From: Octopus sinensis
Taxonomy: Eukaryota
Reading direction: 5' to 3'
Length of the DNA: 64,000 bases
Assembly (NCBI RefSeq): GCF_006345805.1
Contig: NC_043006.1
Location: 26,164,001 to 26,228,000, forward strand
Shown: piece after piece, positions 36,801-51,800 of the stretch
How the letters are laid out: each line of letters begins with the position of its first letter
Position numbering within the stretch: the first letter of the stretch is position 1
The notes under the pieces: model-generated
What the model saw: the letters and a program-made list of their open reading frames with translations, nothing else
Told to the model about the DNA's origin: nothing
Database searches by the model: none
Position numbers and translations under genes: made by a program

Positions 36801-39800
36801 ATAATATGAACATATACCAATAAGCCTGGTAACCATAATAAAATATTGATTCCATCATATTTTTATGACCATCCCTGAGATTTATTTTGGAAACTTAGTT
36901 ATTTTACTTCCTACTCCACTATATAAACTTCGAAATTGTTCACAAAGCCAGACTTGCATATGCGTATTCCATATACCTCAAAATTGTTTTGCAGTATCTT
37001 CACAAAAAGCTGCACATTTAAAAGATGTATCAGGTCCTGTATTTTCACCCAGGGAATATGCTGAAGTACTGCTAAGGTGAAGATCTTAGATTTTCAAAGT
37101 GTTCTCATGGAAATGTTTTTAAGTTGGCTTCTTGATACAATGTGGACCAATATAGAACATAACTTTTTAGATTACATAACTATGATGTCCAAAATAAAAT
37201 TTTTGTTTCTTCTTCATTCATATTACACCATCTTCTGGCACATTTAGTACATACATTTAAAAGTGTGTGGGTCTTGGTATGAATCATGGAAATTCAGGGT
37301 ATTTACAGCTTAGAACTTCTCATTTTCACTAATACTAACATCAGAAAATATTAAATTGGTTAAGGAAGCATCAGCTGCTACAACAACAGATCACTTAAAT
37401 AGCAAAATAACACTAAAACTCTTTTGTTCTGGGATAAACATAATTGACATATCAACCAGCTTCAAATATTCGTTATTATTGCATATTGCATGCTTAATTA
37501 TTAAAATAGTGACCTAATAATACTTCTCCATTTGTAGAAATTCAGGAATAACCTGGAAACTTGCTTCTCTTCCTACAGAATATCATTGAAAGAAGGGATA
37601 GAAGTGGTTGATCATATAGTTTCAGTTTATAGAGTTGGGAAATTTGTGGAGATAATTTATATTATATGTCATTTATTTATATAATCTAAGACTATATAAA
37701 TAAATGACATATAATATAAATTATCTCCACAACTGTACAAGCATAAGCCTTTGTGTAGAACTTTGGTTTGTGTATTGTCTCCTTAGTGAACACCATCAAT
37801 CCAGCCCTCTGAATATTGAATTTTTGTTAAATATTGACTTCTTCAGCATCAAATTTTTTTTTATTCAAGTAAGATTTCATCGGTCATTTTCTGGAGTATA
37901 CTATTACAGATTGGACATCCATGATATTCATTTCCTATTACCAAATAGGATTTGATTTTGAAGGAATTTTGGTCATTTTTACAAGTGACTGCAGATTTGC
38001 TCTCACGGCTTACAGTCAGAGAGAGGAGAATTTACAGTTGCTTGAATTTGTTTTGAGAAATATGTTTTTCTTGTTTTATTTACATTAATGCATCTCTTAA
38101 TTCTCTTTGTTTACATTATATACTTACACTTTACTCAACAGCTGATTCAAAAAGAGAGGATAGCGTTGTTTCTGATGAGACAAAAACTGATGACAAGGGT
38201 ACTGTAACAGAAATGAAACCTGTAGAAATGAAGGAAGAAGTGAAAGAAAGCTGGGATATAAGTAGTGATGAAGAAGAATCAGGTAATTTGAGAATGCTCA
38301 GATTATGGTATCTTGCTTTCCAAATGATTTATATATCTGGTATGTTGTTCAGTTAAACTCCATGTTTGATATAGGCCATCATAATTTGCATCCTTGAATA
38401 GAGCATGGCCTGCTGTCAATAGATTTGAGTTTTCCATGTTTACTAAAGTAGAATAGTTGATATGTTAACCCTATCATTACTATATTTCTGATCAAAACAC
38501 ACCCCTCATGAGTTTCAATTAAATTCTAAAATAATTATGAATTTAGACTAGTTTCATTAAAGAACTGTAACTTTTTTTACTTATCAACATATTAATGTGA
38601 TATTTGGAACATAATTAAAGAAAGGGTTCTTAATCAATTCTATTGCATAATTTTTGTCTCAAAGTGACTCTAATTACAGGTAAACTGAGCAAAATGTAAA
38701 ATTATTTAAATTTTGTTTAAACATTACCACAGAAAATGAGTCCTCAGCTAATATTTAATTGAGGTGTGAAACAAAATTTTGATATAGAAGAATTGTGCAC
38801 ATCATGAGACTATCAGTTGAATTTAATGCACAGAAAAACAGGTGTAAAATAAACTAAAATACTGGAATTTGTTTTTGAAGAAAACTAGAAAATTAAATAC
38901 AACTGAATTAAATATACTCACACACATACATGAATACACAAGAATATATATAATAAAGATTTACAAAAGAAGTTAAATCAAAACTTGTCAGTCACCTTAC
39001 AGGTAAATTAAAATAAAAAGTAAAACGAAGTAAATTTGAAAAATATTTATACAATCTAATTAAACATATATATATACAATATTCACACAATATTTCTATC
39101 ATGAAAAGTTGTAAAACATCCCACTCTACGCACTGCAACCTTGCAGAATGCACATTAGAAAGATGTTTCAACAGGCCGTCCACTGGGAGTTTTTCTTTGT
39201 TGATGTAGACATTCACAGCACAAGATATCTTTTTTTCCAGCTTGTTTACATTCTGCATAACAGTTTGTTTCTGCAGTGATTGCTTCAGACAAGCATGCTG
39301 GAAAAAATAAAAGGTCTAATGGTTTTGCTTCCTGAGAAAGACTATGGGTAGACCCTATCTACTCAGAAAAATTGTTAATGAAAACTTTTTTTAACTTTTT
39401 ACTCCATTTTGGTGTAAAATCATCCTCGCTGTCTATGTCACTGCTTTCTGTTTCTTCAGAATCGCTTTTGGTTTTGGATACAGAAATATCCGATTCATTT
39501 TCATCCACCATTTGCTTTTGCACCTCATTCATTGTTTCTCTCGATATCTCCATATCACAGTTTGCTTAATTAGGATTGATTTGGGACTAAACAATAATAG
39601 CAACATTTTAGTTTCTGTATTGATATGATTGAAATATTTTCAGAGCTTGAATGAGGAATTAATATATTTCATCAGCTATTCAAAGTGTGCATAACCAGGA
39701 GACAGATGCATGACTTGCATTCTTAAAGAGTTTTTCCTTGATATTGATTGAAATATATTTTGAAGTCTCATCTTTTGATGATTAAAAAAATTTTTTTTTA

Positions 39801-42800
39801 ATTTTTCATTGAATGTTCGTTCTATTTTGTAATTCTCTGCCTCCATAGAAACTGATACTAAAACAAAAGTTGATGATGATGACTCTTCTGATGAGAAAGG
39901 TGATGATGATGATAGTCTTAAAGATGAGAGTGACATAGAGGACTATACACCTATTGAAAAAGCTCGGGAAAGAATCTTAGTAAGTAAAAGTTTAATTATA
40001 TTTCAGAAAAGTATTGCATTCTGTTAACTATTTCTGGCTGGCTCACGTTCTTTCACTGTTTTTACTATGGAAGAACTCCCTAATTACATGGAAAAATGCA
40101 AGCAAGAGAAATAATATTCTTAAGATTATAAACCTGGAAAATTACAGGACAAGTTGGATAAGTTCAGGACAGCTTATTACATCTAGTAAAGTACAGAACA
40201 AGAAAAGTTTTACTTGAAATATTGCAGCTAAGGATAAAATTTCAACTAAAATATTTAGATTTAGAAAATATTAGCTTTTATTAAAGCTAAAAATTTTATT
40301 ACAAGTTATTACTTCCATTTGTTATTACTTGTCACTTCTATTAGAAAATAAAACATAACTCAAAATACTTTCTGTATTTCAAAAAAATTCATTTTTTAAA
40401 ATTATTAATTAATAATTAGAAAGTTGAAAATAGGTTATAAAAAATAACAGTAGTACATAATTAGTACAATAAATAGAATAGTACAAAAATTAGTTATATA
40501 TTACAGTAAAATCTACCTATAACAAATTCACAGTAACATTTGCTTGAGTTATTGCTTAAATTATTGCCAAGTCTTCACATTTTTAGTCTTGACCCAATGT
40601 CTATTTTTTACATAAAGAATTTGCCTACCATATATACTATTCTACTTTGCATAAAATTTTAGCTATATTGGTACTTCTGGCTTTCATATTTTAAGTATTC
40701 TAGTGTGTCAATATTTTAGCAAAATGATAGTACCTTTTTTAATTATGTTACTTTGTAAATTCAAATCAAATAATTTTTAATATTCAAATTTTATCCTTAG
40801 CTGCAATATTTTAAGTAAAAGTTTTCTTGTTCTGTACTACACCAGATATAATAAGCTGTCTTGAACTTTTCGAAGTGTAATAACTTGTCCTGTAATTTTC
40901 CAGATTTATAATCTTAAGAATATTATTTCTCTTGCTCACATTTTTCCATGTAATCCATGTATTTTCCAGGCTATGCTATTATGCTAATTAATAATCAATA
41001 ATCATAGTTTGGATACTAGATCAATGCTTCCAGATCATTTATTACTAGAAATTGTTGTATTCAGAAGTGTAAACCTTGATTAAATGGAGCATCACAAGAA
41101 TACTGGCTTTCTCCAAAACTTTACTACTATTTTTTCTTTCTCCATGATTAGAAACGAAAAGAAGCTGCTGAGAAAAAACGAAGAGTTGATGTACTTCGTG
41201 CTCCTGTTGTGTGTGTTCTGGGACATGTTGATACTGGGAAAACCAAGATTTTAGATAAGGTACTCTGATTAGAATTTTTTTTCATCAATGTACTTTTAAA
41301 TATGTTATTTTTATGTATTCACTCTATTAATATGGGTCTGTCACCATGTTTCTGCATTTGTCCATGATTTTTCTTTAAACTTTTTCTCTTTCTTGGGTGA
41401 TTGCCAATTGTCAGATTGTTAAGCACAGCATTTGTAAGGAATGTGGTGGTGGTTTGAGATGTGTATTAATTAGAAGTAATGCAGATATGTCCATGTAAAT
41501 AAGACATTTTTCTGAGATTTAGTGTGCATGTGTGTACGGCTTTCCTTCATAAGCACTTCCCATTACTTCAGTTTTATAAAAATTTCTATAAAATTTTCAA
41601 CTATAAAAACTACTGTTTCAGACCGTAAAAAGTAATTTGGTCACTTGGTATAATTATATATTTTTTATTGTATATATGAAATTCAAGAAAATATAGTAAT
41701 TTTTAAGTTTGCAACAAAATGTCACCCAAACTAGTTGGTATAAATTAATATTATGCACCAAAAGTTACTAATAATAATTGTAAACTTTTTTTTAGCTTAG
41801 TTTTAGAAATGTTTTTTAATGTTTGCTTATTCCATGCAGGGATGGATTAGATGTGATTTGTTGAGGCTATGGTTGGATACCCTTCTTGTTGCCAAGTCAG
41901 ATATCTATTCCCATGGTTTTCCATGTCAAACCATACTATAGCAATACATGTTTTTATACTAAGTGTAAACATTGATATCATCTAAACAGTGTCACTATTT
42001 TAAACTTTAAGCGCTTTTAATAATGGAGGCTGGGAAGTATAACAAGTGTATCTGCTGCCTCTCCATCTTTTTGTCATCCACTCGTCTCTGTATTGCTCAT
42101 CACCCTTTTCCACATCTGGATTGTTTTTTTTTTTCCTACATCTCCATCCCTCATTTTATCTTCCCTTCATTGTGCTATGTTGCCAGTGAAAGTAAGAGTG
42201 TTAATTGATTCTTTCCTGTCTGATGCCATCCCCATTTCCACCCACTACCATGCCACCCATGTAATTAGGGAGGTACTGGACTTACCAGTGTTTCAAATCA
42301 CCCACTCCCCAACCATTATTCTTCTACTTTTAGCCACTCTACAAGGCCTGTATATTAGGGATTATGAGATGTGCATGTTGGATACATTCTGTCATCATCA
42401 TAATGTATTTCTCAAGCTACTTCCCTGTCCCTGGTCTTGCTTTCCTAATAGCCATCTATCTTGGTTTGTCTTTTTGGTCATCACTCACTTTTATTCACCT
42501 TCCTTGTTTGTTGTATTGAGTGGATGTGGGGAAGATTCTTTAATTTTACAAGGTACATAACAACCCTGCACTCATTACACGCTGTGAAATAGTTGATGAA
42601 GGAGTGAAGAAGACATGGGGTTGAGGGTACATGACAACTTCCAGTGCTGTTGCCAAAATAAAATACACCCAGTATGTTCTATAAAGGGATTGGTGGCAGG
42701 AAGAGTGTTCTACCATTGAAACCAAGCCAAAACCATAAACTTATGAGCAAGATAAAGTTCTCTGATCAAGCTAGGAGGGCCGTAACTTTGAATAAGAATT

Positions 42801-45800
42801 CAGATTGCTGGCACATCCAACCCCTTTTAATGGAAGGTGGATTTAAAATGATGATTTTGTGTATTTGTTTCCACATGCGCACATGTCTGTATATTAATTT
42901 TCTGAAATATACATTAAGTTTGGAAATGAAAATAAGTTATTCCTGATAACTTTTACTGGTATTTTGATTGTTGTAGCTATTGGTTTCTTTTTTAACAGTT
43001 AAGAAGAACTAATGTTCAAGATGGTGAAGCTGGAGGTATTACACAACAAATTGGTGCTACTAATGTTCCACATGATGCCCTTAAAGAAGCTACTAAAATG
43101 GTGAAAGAAGTAAGTTTAACATATTTATTTTCTTCACTTTTTAATATAAAATATTACTAAATTTTCAAGAAAAACGTGATGGGATAATGAAAACAATTTC
43201 AGGAATAAAATGGTACCAAGGGATATTAAATTTACATTCAATTTCTACACCTAAAAACTGTTGGGGAACCTAATAAGGATAATGGAACCCATATCTCATT
43301 TGCAATCTGTTAACTAACAGTAAAATCATCGTCATAGTACTTCATCATCATCATCATCATCGTTTAACGTTTGTTTTCCATGCTATCATGGGTTGGACAG
43401 TTTGACTGGGGTCTGGTAAGCCATGGAGGCTGTACCAGGCTCTTGTCTGATTTGATAGTGTTTCTACAGCTTGACACCCTTCCTAACGCCAGCCACTCAG
43501 TGAGTGTAGTGGGTATTTTTTACATGCCACCGGCACAGGGGCCAGAGCAGGCTGGCAAACAGCCATGATCGGTTGGTGCTTTTACGTGTCACCGACACGG
43601 AAGCCAGTCAGGTGGTGCTGGCATCTGCCACGTTCGGATGGTGCTTTTTACGTGTCACCGGCATGGGTGTCTTAACTACAATTTCCATTTGACTTTTATC
43701 TGGCATCTGCCGCGTTTGGACGGTGCTTTTGATAGACTAGAAAGAAATGAAGCTAGCTAGCTTTGCTGGATTTGCAATGTCAGTATGACAAAGTGTAAAT
43801 GTATTGGGAGAAAAATTAGGCATAAGTGACATGAGATGTAGTGTGCAAAAGAAGACTATGCTAGTATGGTCGTGTGATATAATTAAAGGACAGCTGCAGA
43901 AGTATCAATCATTAAATGTGAATAGAATCTGTGGAAGGAGGCCTAGGCAGACAGGGATGAAGTAGGGAAGACCAAACTCAGGTTTCTGAGCATCAGAGAG
44001 GAGAGGACAAAGATGATTGGTGATTTGTTGTGCTTGAAAGAGACCTGTCCATCTCAGTGAAAAATCAGTCCCAAAAAGCATATCATTTATATCTTTGGCC
44101 TTGCACCCAATCTGTACCTGTCAAACTTTTCCCACTTTATCATCTTTGTAACTTTCTTCATCCTTTCTTCTAAATATAATTTTTCATATCATTGAAATCT
44201 CACAGCTACAAGATAATGCATGATTAACCCTTTCGTTACTATATTTCTAACTAAAAAACACCCCTGATGAGTTTCAATTAAATTCTAAAATAATCATGAA
44301 TTTATACTGGTTTCATTAAACAACTGTAACTTGACATATTAATGTGAGTTTTGGAACACGGTTGAAGAAAAGGTTCTTAATTCCTTTGCATAACTTTTGT
44401 CTCAAAGTGGCTCAAATTGCAGGTACATACAGGTAAGTTCAGCAAAATATAAAAATATAGTTTAAACATCACCATAGAAAATGAGTCATCAGCTAATCAA
44501 GTGGGTATGCAACAAACTTTTAATATAGAAGAATTGTGCACATCACTATATTATCAGTTGAATTTAATGCACATAAGAACAGGTATACCATAAAGGTAAA
44601 ATAAAACGAAATTCTGGAATTTGCTTTTGAAAACTAGAAAATGAAATAAACTCACACACTTACATGAATGCACAGAAACATATGTAATAAAGATTTACAA
44701 TAGAAATTAAATCAAAACTTGTTACTCACCTTACAGGCAAATTAAAATTACAAGTAAAAGTACAGCTAACTAAAAAGTAAAAACGAAGTAAATTTGAAAA
44801 ATATTTATACAATCTAATTATACATATATACCATATTCACACAATATTTCTGTCATGGAAACTTGTAAAACATCCCATTCTACATTATGCAACCTTGCAG
44901 AATGCACATCGGAAAGAAGTTTCAACTGTTCATCTACTGGGAGTTCTCCTTTTGTTGATGTAGACATTCACAGCACTACCTTTTGGTTGTTGTTTTTTTT
45001 TTTTTGTTGCAATTTGAGGGATATTTCTCTGGCAGGCTTTGATTTTCCTTCCTACAGTTATTTTTAGAGCAATAACCTGCCCTCAACTGTGTTGTTACTT
45101 CTGCTCAGAACTGCAGATGGTCGCCCCCTTCTGATTTGGTATATATTCATTCTCATCATTGAATGTCCATGCTGGCATGGGTTGGGCAGTTTGACCATGG
45201 TTGGCAAGCTGGAAGGCTGCACCAGACTCCAGTTTGATTTGGCATGGTTTCTACAGCTGGATGTTCTTCCTGGTGCCAACCACTCCAAGAGTGTAATGGG
45301 TGATTTTATGTGCCACCAGCATGACACCAGTATCTGCTACAACTTTGATTTTTTCTTGGCTTGATGGATCTTCTCAAGCATGGCATAATGCCAAAGGTTT
45401 TGGTCATTCATCATTGCCTCCCTGTGGCCCAACAATCGAAAGGTGCTTTTTCACATGCCATCTTGCCTCTGTGAGGCCCACCTCTCAAAAGGTGTTTTTT
45501 ACATGCCACCAGCACAGGTGCTTTGTTATGCCCTACTTCTCTCTCAAGATGCTTACACCCTGTTGCACATGCACACTGACATTGCGCATCCAGCAAAACA
45601 TACTGGCTTCATTTCTTTCAAGCCTATACATGTCCTTGGCTGTTATAGCCTGTTTCACTGCCATGTAGCATAGCATAATATAAATGCATTTACAGTACTC
45701 ATATTTACTATATACCAAACCAGATATCACCACCATTTATTACCTGGTCTACCAAACAGATAATTACTTATCATTTGATTCAGCCAATCTATACTGCCCA

Positions 45801-48800
45801 TGTACCTGTGATAATCGAGGTTCACTAATGGGGTGTTGTTTTCATAGAAGGCAACTGGGAATTCCCGTGAGACAGCTTCTGAGCACCAACAGACTAAATC
45901 TGTGGCTGGTGCAAAGTCCCTTCCAGACCTAGGGTAACATGGTGGTGGAACAATACTGTAGACAGGGCTATTAGAGCAAAGAAACAGGCCTAGAAGTGTG
46001 GAGGTAGCAGGGAACTGTATCAGATAGCCAGAAGGGAAGCTAAGAGACAGGTATATATAGCCAGTGTTCAGCGTCGTGAGGACCAAAGAACTGACATATT
46101 TCGGATTGCAAGACAGTATGTGAGAGAAAACTATGATGTCATAGGAGAGAAATGTGTCCACATGGATGATGATGCACTTACATTTAATGATTCTTCAATG
46201 AAAGTGGTTTGGGGATGTCATTGTGAAAGACTGTTGAATGTGGAGAATGAATGGGAGGAGGAGAATCTGCCAAAGGTTGACCCAATTGAGGGACCAGCTA
46301 CACAAATTGACAGTACCCTGATAGATAAAGCAATTAAGGATATGAAGACAGGGATAACACCTGGCTTGACAGGAATCACCGCTGAGATGCTTAAAATATT
46401 GGGTAGTGTGGGTCATGGTCTAGTTACCCACATCATAAATGAGGTAGTTCATGGAATCATACCCATTGACTGATGTGGCAGCACCATAGTCAACTGCTAC
46501 AAAGGTAAAGGTGATGCCTTAGATAGAAATAACTACAGGGTACCTAATTATTGGATTCGATAATGAAAGTTAGCCCAACTAATTAGGGAGAGAGTTAGCC
46601 TAGATGAAATGCAGTTTAGTTTAGTGCCAGATAGAATCACCACTGATGCTATATTTCCGGTAAGGCAACTGCAGGAGAAATACCTAGCCAAAGATAAACC
46701 TCTGTACTTTTGTTAACTTGGAGAAAGCTTTTGACAGGGTCCTCCAGTCCCTTAGCTGATGGTCAATGTGGAAACTAGGGATAGACAAGTGGTTGGTAAG
46801 AACCATACAGGGATGCTGTCAGTAAGGTTAGGGTTGGCAACGAGTATAGTGAAGAATTCCCTGTAGAAGTAGGGGTTCACCAAGGATCAGTCCTCAGCCC
46901 CCTCTTATTTATCATAATCCTCCAGGCAGCAACAGAGGAATTCACGACAGGCTGCCCCTGGGAGCTTCTCTCATGCTGATGACTTTGCTCTAATAGCTGA
47001 GTCACTACCTGAACTAAAGATGAAGTTTAGGGTGTGGGAGCAAGGATTAGAATCAAAGGGCCTTAGAGTCAACCTAGCAAAAACCAAAGTCCTGGTATAT
47101 AGGAAGGCAGACAAATCACAAACCCCTTCTGGTAGATGGCCCTGCTTGATCTGTAGAAAAGGCGTGGGTAGAAACTCCGAGATGTATCTGGCATAGGCTA
47201 TGGACACATAAGAGGTGCAGCTATATCAAAAGAAGGTTAACCAGATGTGTGTAGCAGATGCACAGGGACAATAAACACCGAAGATGTACAGAAAACCGAT
47301 TCCATCACATGCCAGGGGGGAAAACTAGAAGTAGTTGATAGCTTCCGCCACCTAGGCAACCAAGTCTGTAGTGGGGGTGGTTTTTCTGAGAACATAGCAG
47401 CTAGAATAAGAATAGCCTGGGCAAAGTCCAGAGGCTCCTATCTCTGCTGGCAACTACAAGCCTCTTGTTCAGGGTGAAAGGTAGATTGTATGATGCTTGT
47501 GTGTGAACTGCCATGGTACATGGCAGTGAAACATGGACCATGACTGTTGAGAACATGCATAGGCTTAAAAAGAAATGGAGCTTGTATGATCCACTGGATG
47601 TATAATGTCTGTACAAACACGACAGTGTGTAAGCACCCTGAGAGACAAGTTGGACATAAGAAGCATCAAATGTGGGCAAGAGAGACAGCTGCACCGGTAT
47701 GATCATGTGTTACGTATGGATGAGGAAGTGCCGCTCCTTAACTGTGGAAGGAACCTCTGGAAGAGGGAGACCTGGGATGAGGTGACAAAGCATGAGTTTT
47801 GAATGTTGGGCCGCACAGAGGCAATGACAAGAGACCGAGACCTTTGGAGATATACTGTGATTGAGAAAACCCGGCAACTAAAGTGAGATTGCAGCCATGG
47901 CCGATGCCAGTGTTGCACGATTAGCCCATTTAAAAGTACTCTTGAAGCGTTGGATGATATATGCTTGAGAAGACCTGTTGAGTCAAGTGAAATCGAAATT
48001 GTAACTGTGGCCAATGGCACTTAGAAAGAACCATCTGAATGTGGTCGATGCCAGTGCTCCCTGACTGGCTCCTGTGCTGGTGGCACTTACAATGCACCAT
48101 CTGAACATCATCGATGCCAGTGCCCCGTGACTGGCCCCCAAGCTGGTGGCATGTAAAAAGCACCCACTACACTCTGAGTGGTTGGCGTTAGGGAGGGCAT
48201 CCAGCTGTAGAAACACTGACAGATTAGATTGAAGGGATCAAAGTTTGGCTCTCCATTTACTGGGGTACTGCTAATGTCTCTCATGAAAATATTCTTTCAA
48301 TTTTATAAATTGTCCTTGTCATAATATTGGAAACGTATTGGTCTCCAAAAGGTTCATGATTACTCCAGTAATTTGTAATTCTGGGTAATTTTCTTATACT
48401 CATGGTAATATTTATGGCAAAAAATGCTTGTATTTCTTCCACACTTGTGGGAGACCACAAGCTATCTTTTTTTTTTTTTTTTGTCTGTTTGTTTACTTTC
48501 TGCATAACAGCTTGTTTCCACAGTTATTGCTTCAAATAAGCTTACTGGGGTGTGAGGAAGTCTAATGGTTTTCATTCCTGAGAAAGGCTATGAGTAGGTC
48601 CAGTCTCTTTTGAAAAATCGTTGACAAAAATATTTTAAAATTTCTTACTCCATTCAGGTATTGATTCATTCTCGCTACTGCTATCAGAATTCTCTTCAGA
48701 ATTGCTGCTTTCACTTTCAAATACAGAAATATGAGATTCATTTTCGTACACATGCTTTTGTAGTTCACTCATACATTTGCTCAATTTCTCCATATTTTGT

Positions 48801-51800
48801 TGAAAGGCCCTCAAAATCAGAATCACTGCTTGATAGCATGAAACTGTTATCCATTTTAAAAGTTGAAAAAAATTGCCACAGGAAAAAAATGTAGAAAAAA
48901 ATCTCCCAAAATTCGCAGAGCTAAGATATCCTGTCAAACAATGTTGGATACTGTCACCTATTTACAAAGTGAAATCATGTTTTTTCACAAATGTACTGAG
49001 ATTTGTGCTGAAATTCACATTTAAATATCAATGGGTTCACTCAGCTGGATTGGTCAGAGCCAAAACATTTTTCAGCTGGGTTGGTATCGAAAGGGTTAGT
49101 TGAAGTCAATGTGAATAAGTATTACATTTTACAAAGTAATCTGAATGCTAAATGGTTTAGACCAGAGGTGGGGAAACATTTTAGTGTGGCAGGCAAAAAT
49201 TTCCAAAGAAAAAGGTCTGCAAGCAGATCACAAGTATATACATCGAATGAACATGTAACATCTTCATTAATGCCACTGAATTTAAGACGCTTATATTACT
49301 TATGAGGCATTTTATATTTTTCAGCTAGAGTGTAGTTGGGTCTGAAGGGGGTGGTACAAACCTAGCAATATGTGTTTTATAGTAAAAACAATATTTCCAT
49401 TCAAATGGCAATTACCAGACGATTTTCTGTTCAAGTCTAAACCATTTTAAGTCATAGTGGAAACACGACCTATGTCGCAAATAGGTATGTGAATATTGTA
49501 TAAATTTTATAATTGAAAAATTTAGTATATTTTGTATATACAAGTATACCAGCCTGCAGGCGCAATAAAATGGAGTTGTGAGCACAATTGCATCTGTGGG
49601 CAGGGGTTTTCCTGGTTTAGACAAACATGTTGGATAATCTAGTTCTTGATATGTTAAGCCTAAAAAGAAAAAAGAGAGATTGGATGATCATTGCTAGAAT
49701 ATATTTGATTATAGGTTTACTCAGTATGAACTAACCTGGTTTTAAGCATATCAGTTCCGAGTTTTGTAAAATGTTTGGTGGTTATAATAATTTACTAATA
49801 ATAGTTATTTTAATCTCTAGTTTGATGAACCAAAAGTTTTGTCCTATTGCCTAACTGCTGAAGAAATTCCCCATTTATTTTGTTAGTTCTTCTGTTCTGA
49901 GTCCCTGAGCAGTAACTGCTAACTTGAATTCACTGAGAAGTATTGTTAAATAAGTTTGATTTCTTTCTTCTTCATTATTGTGGCGAGCTCCCTTGTCAAA
50001 GCCAACAATGTTTTGAGAGAAACTGGCTAACATCCAATACACAAGTGATCCAAATAGACTCAAGTCAAATTCCTAAAGCATGAAGACAAAATTTTCTGAC
50101 TAAGTTTGTTACATAAAGCAATTATGATACAAGTACTACTTTTGCCAACTTGAATTAAAAGAAAGATTGAACTATGCTGCAATATGACCAGACTGTAAGC
50201 TCTGAACCTGAAAAGACCATCTGTATTTAACTGCCACTGTCTACTTTTCGTTGAGAGCAAGTAAATTCTTTAAGAAGTCTGAGCTTGTTGACCTACTGAT
50301 ATGTTGAGCTGTATTCACTAAGTTAATCTTTGGCAGAAACTGATCAGTGAATATCAGCAATGTGTGAAAATGCTTTGTTGCATTAATGCCTGCCATCTTC
50401 TGAGTTGCAACATATTGCCTTGTACCCATCTGTTTTAATGTTGCGTGAATCTAGAAAATGTAGCATTTGGAATTAGTGAGCTAAGGTAATACATTAACTG
50501 GTAACTTCAAAATATTTGTGTTTAAAAAATTATATCATTATGGCATTCATTACTTACTTTTCAGAAGTATTTCTGAAAATTCCAAAATTCTGTTTCCTTA
50601 GGTATTGGTTTAAATATTTTTTATGATAATCACTGCTCAGTTGAAATTTATTTTATTACTCTATGAATTTCTCTTTTATTACTGAATTTCAGAAACCTCC
50701 TTTAAAGTTACCAGGTTTGTTGATTATAGATACACCTGGTCACGAATCATTTAGGTAAGTTGAAAATATAGATTTACATTTAACTGCCATAATGCCAATG
50801 ATATTACATTTAAGTTTAAAACAAAGAATAAAACTAAATTTATCAAATTTGATTTGAGAAAATCCTAAGCAATTTTACTATTTTGACTAAAAGTAGACTA
50901 TATGTTGTTTGGGCTTAATTTGACAGTATGCATAAAAGGAAAAGAAAACAATATTTCATCCAAAAATAAAAGTATTATTTAAAAAATCAAAAATTATCAA
51001 CTAAATTATTGCTGAGAGACTGTTCACCAATGTATCAAACTTTCCTAAAAAAAATGGAGACATAGTCAGCAAATTCCTAAGCACCCTGTATATCACCTTC
51101 ATTTTCATTAAATCTGTATTTAACTCATTTGATATCAATTTCTTGCAATTAGATCTCATATTACAGCCCTCTGCACTATAATGTTAATATTCAGTTGACA
51201 ACTAAACCTTTATCTTGAATGGTGTCTGCTAAAATTCTAATGGTCTTGTGATAGTTGCATATAAGAGTGAAACAACAGTTCCTTTTGGCACTAGGTGGTA
51301 ATATGCCAAAATCTCTAGTAATGGAGGAAAACATAGATCAGTATTTTTTGGTTTAGAGATTCAAAAAAAATAATAAAAGAACTGGGAATGCTAAAGAATT
51401 GGGCTCAATGTTGTAAAAGTTGGAAGCAATCTAAGATTTTATGCATACATATCAGTTTATATGTATTAATGAGACGGAGATAATTTTTTTTTATGAAGGC
51501 ACTTTTCATCCATATTTCCATACTAGGATCTTCAGTCAGAGTAAATACTTTTATAGCAGTTCCTATCATTAGACACCCAAATTATGAAATAACTATTTGC
51601 TAGTCAAACCAACTGGATTATAGCTACATATAATAATAATATCAAGTTGGCTAACTTGGAAAAAAAGACAAAATTTATGTTAATTGGTTTACAAGACACT
51701 TCTGGTTTTGTAATAACAACACATTCAATATGACATTTGTTAATAGTTCCTGCAACATTATCAATGAAATTTAATTTACATTTACAGGGGTGGGCTGGAA

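Larger units (their letters stand above)
44228..49095 (-). mobile_element. piggyBac element with both termini, carrying nested RTE insertions
   Basis: TTAA|CCCTTTCGTTAC ... GTATCGAAAGGG|TTAG. Minus-strand remnants [55 protein letters not shown] and [20 protein letters not shown]. Confidence 0.9.
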
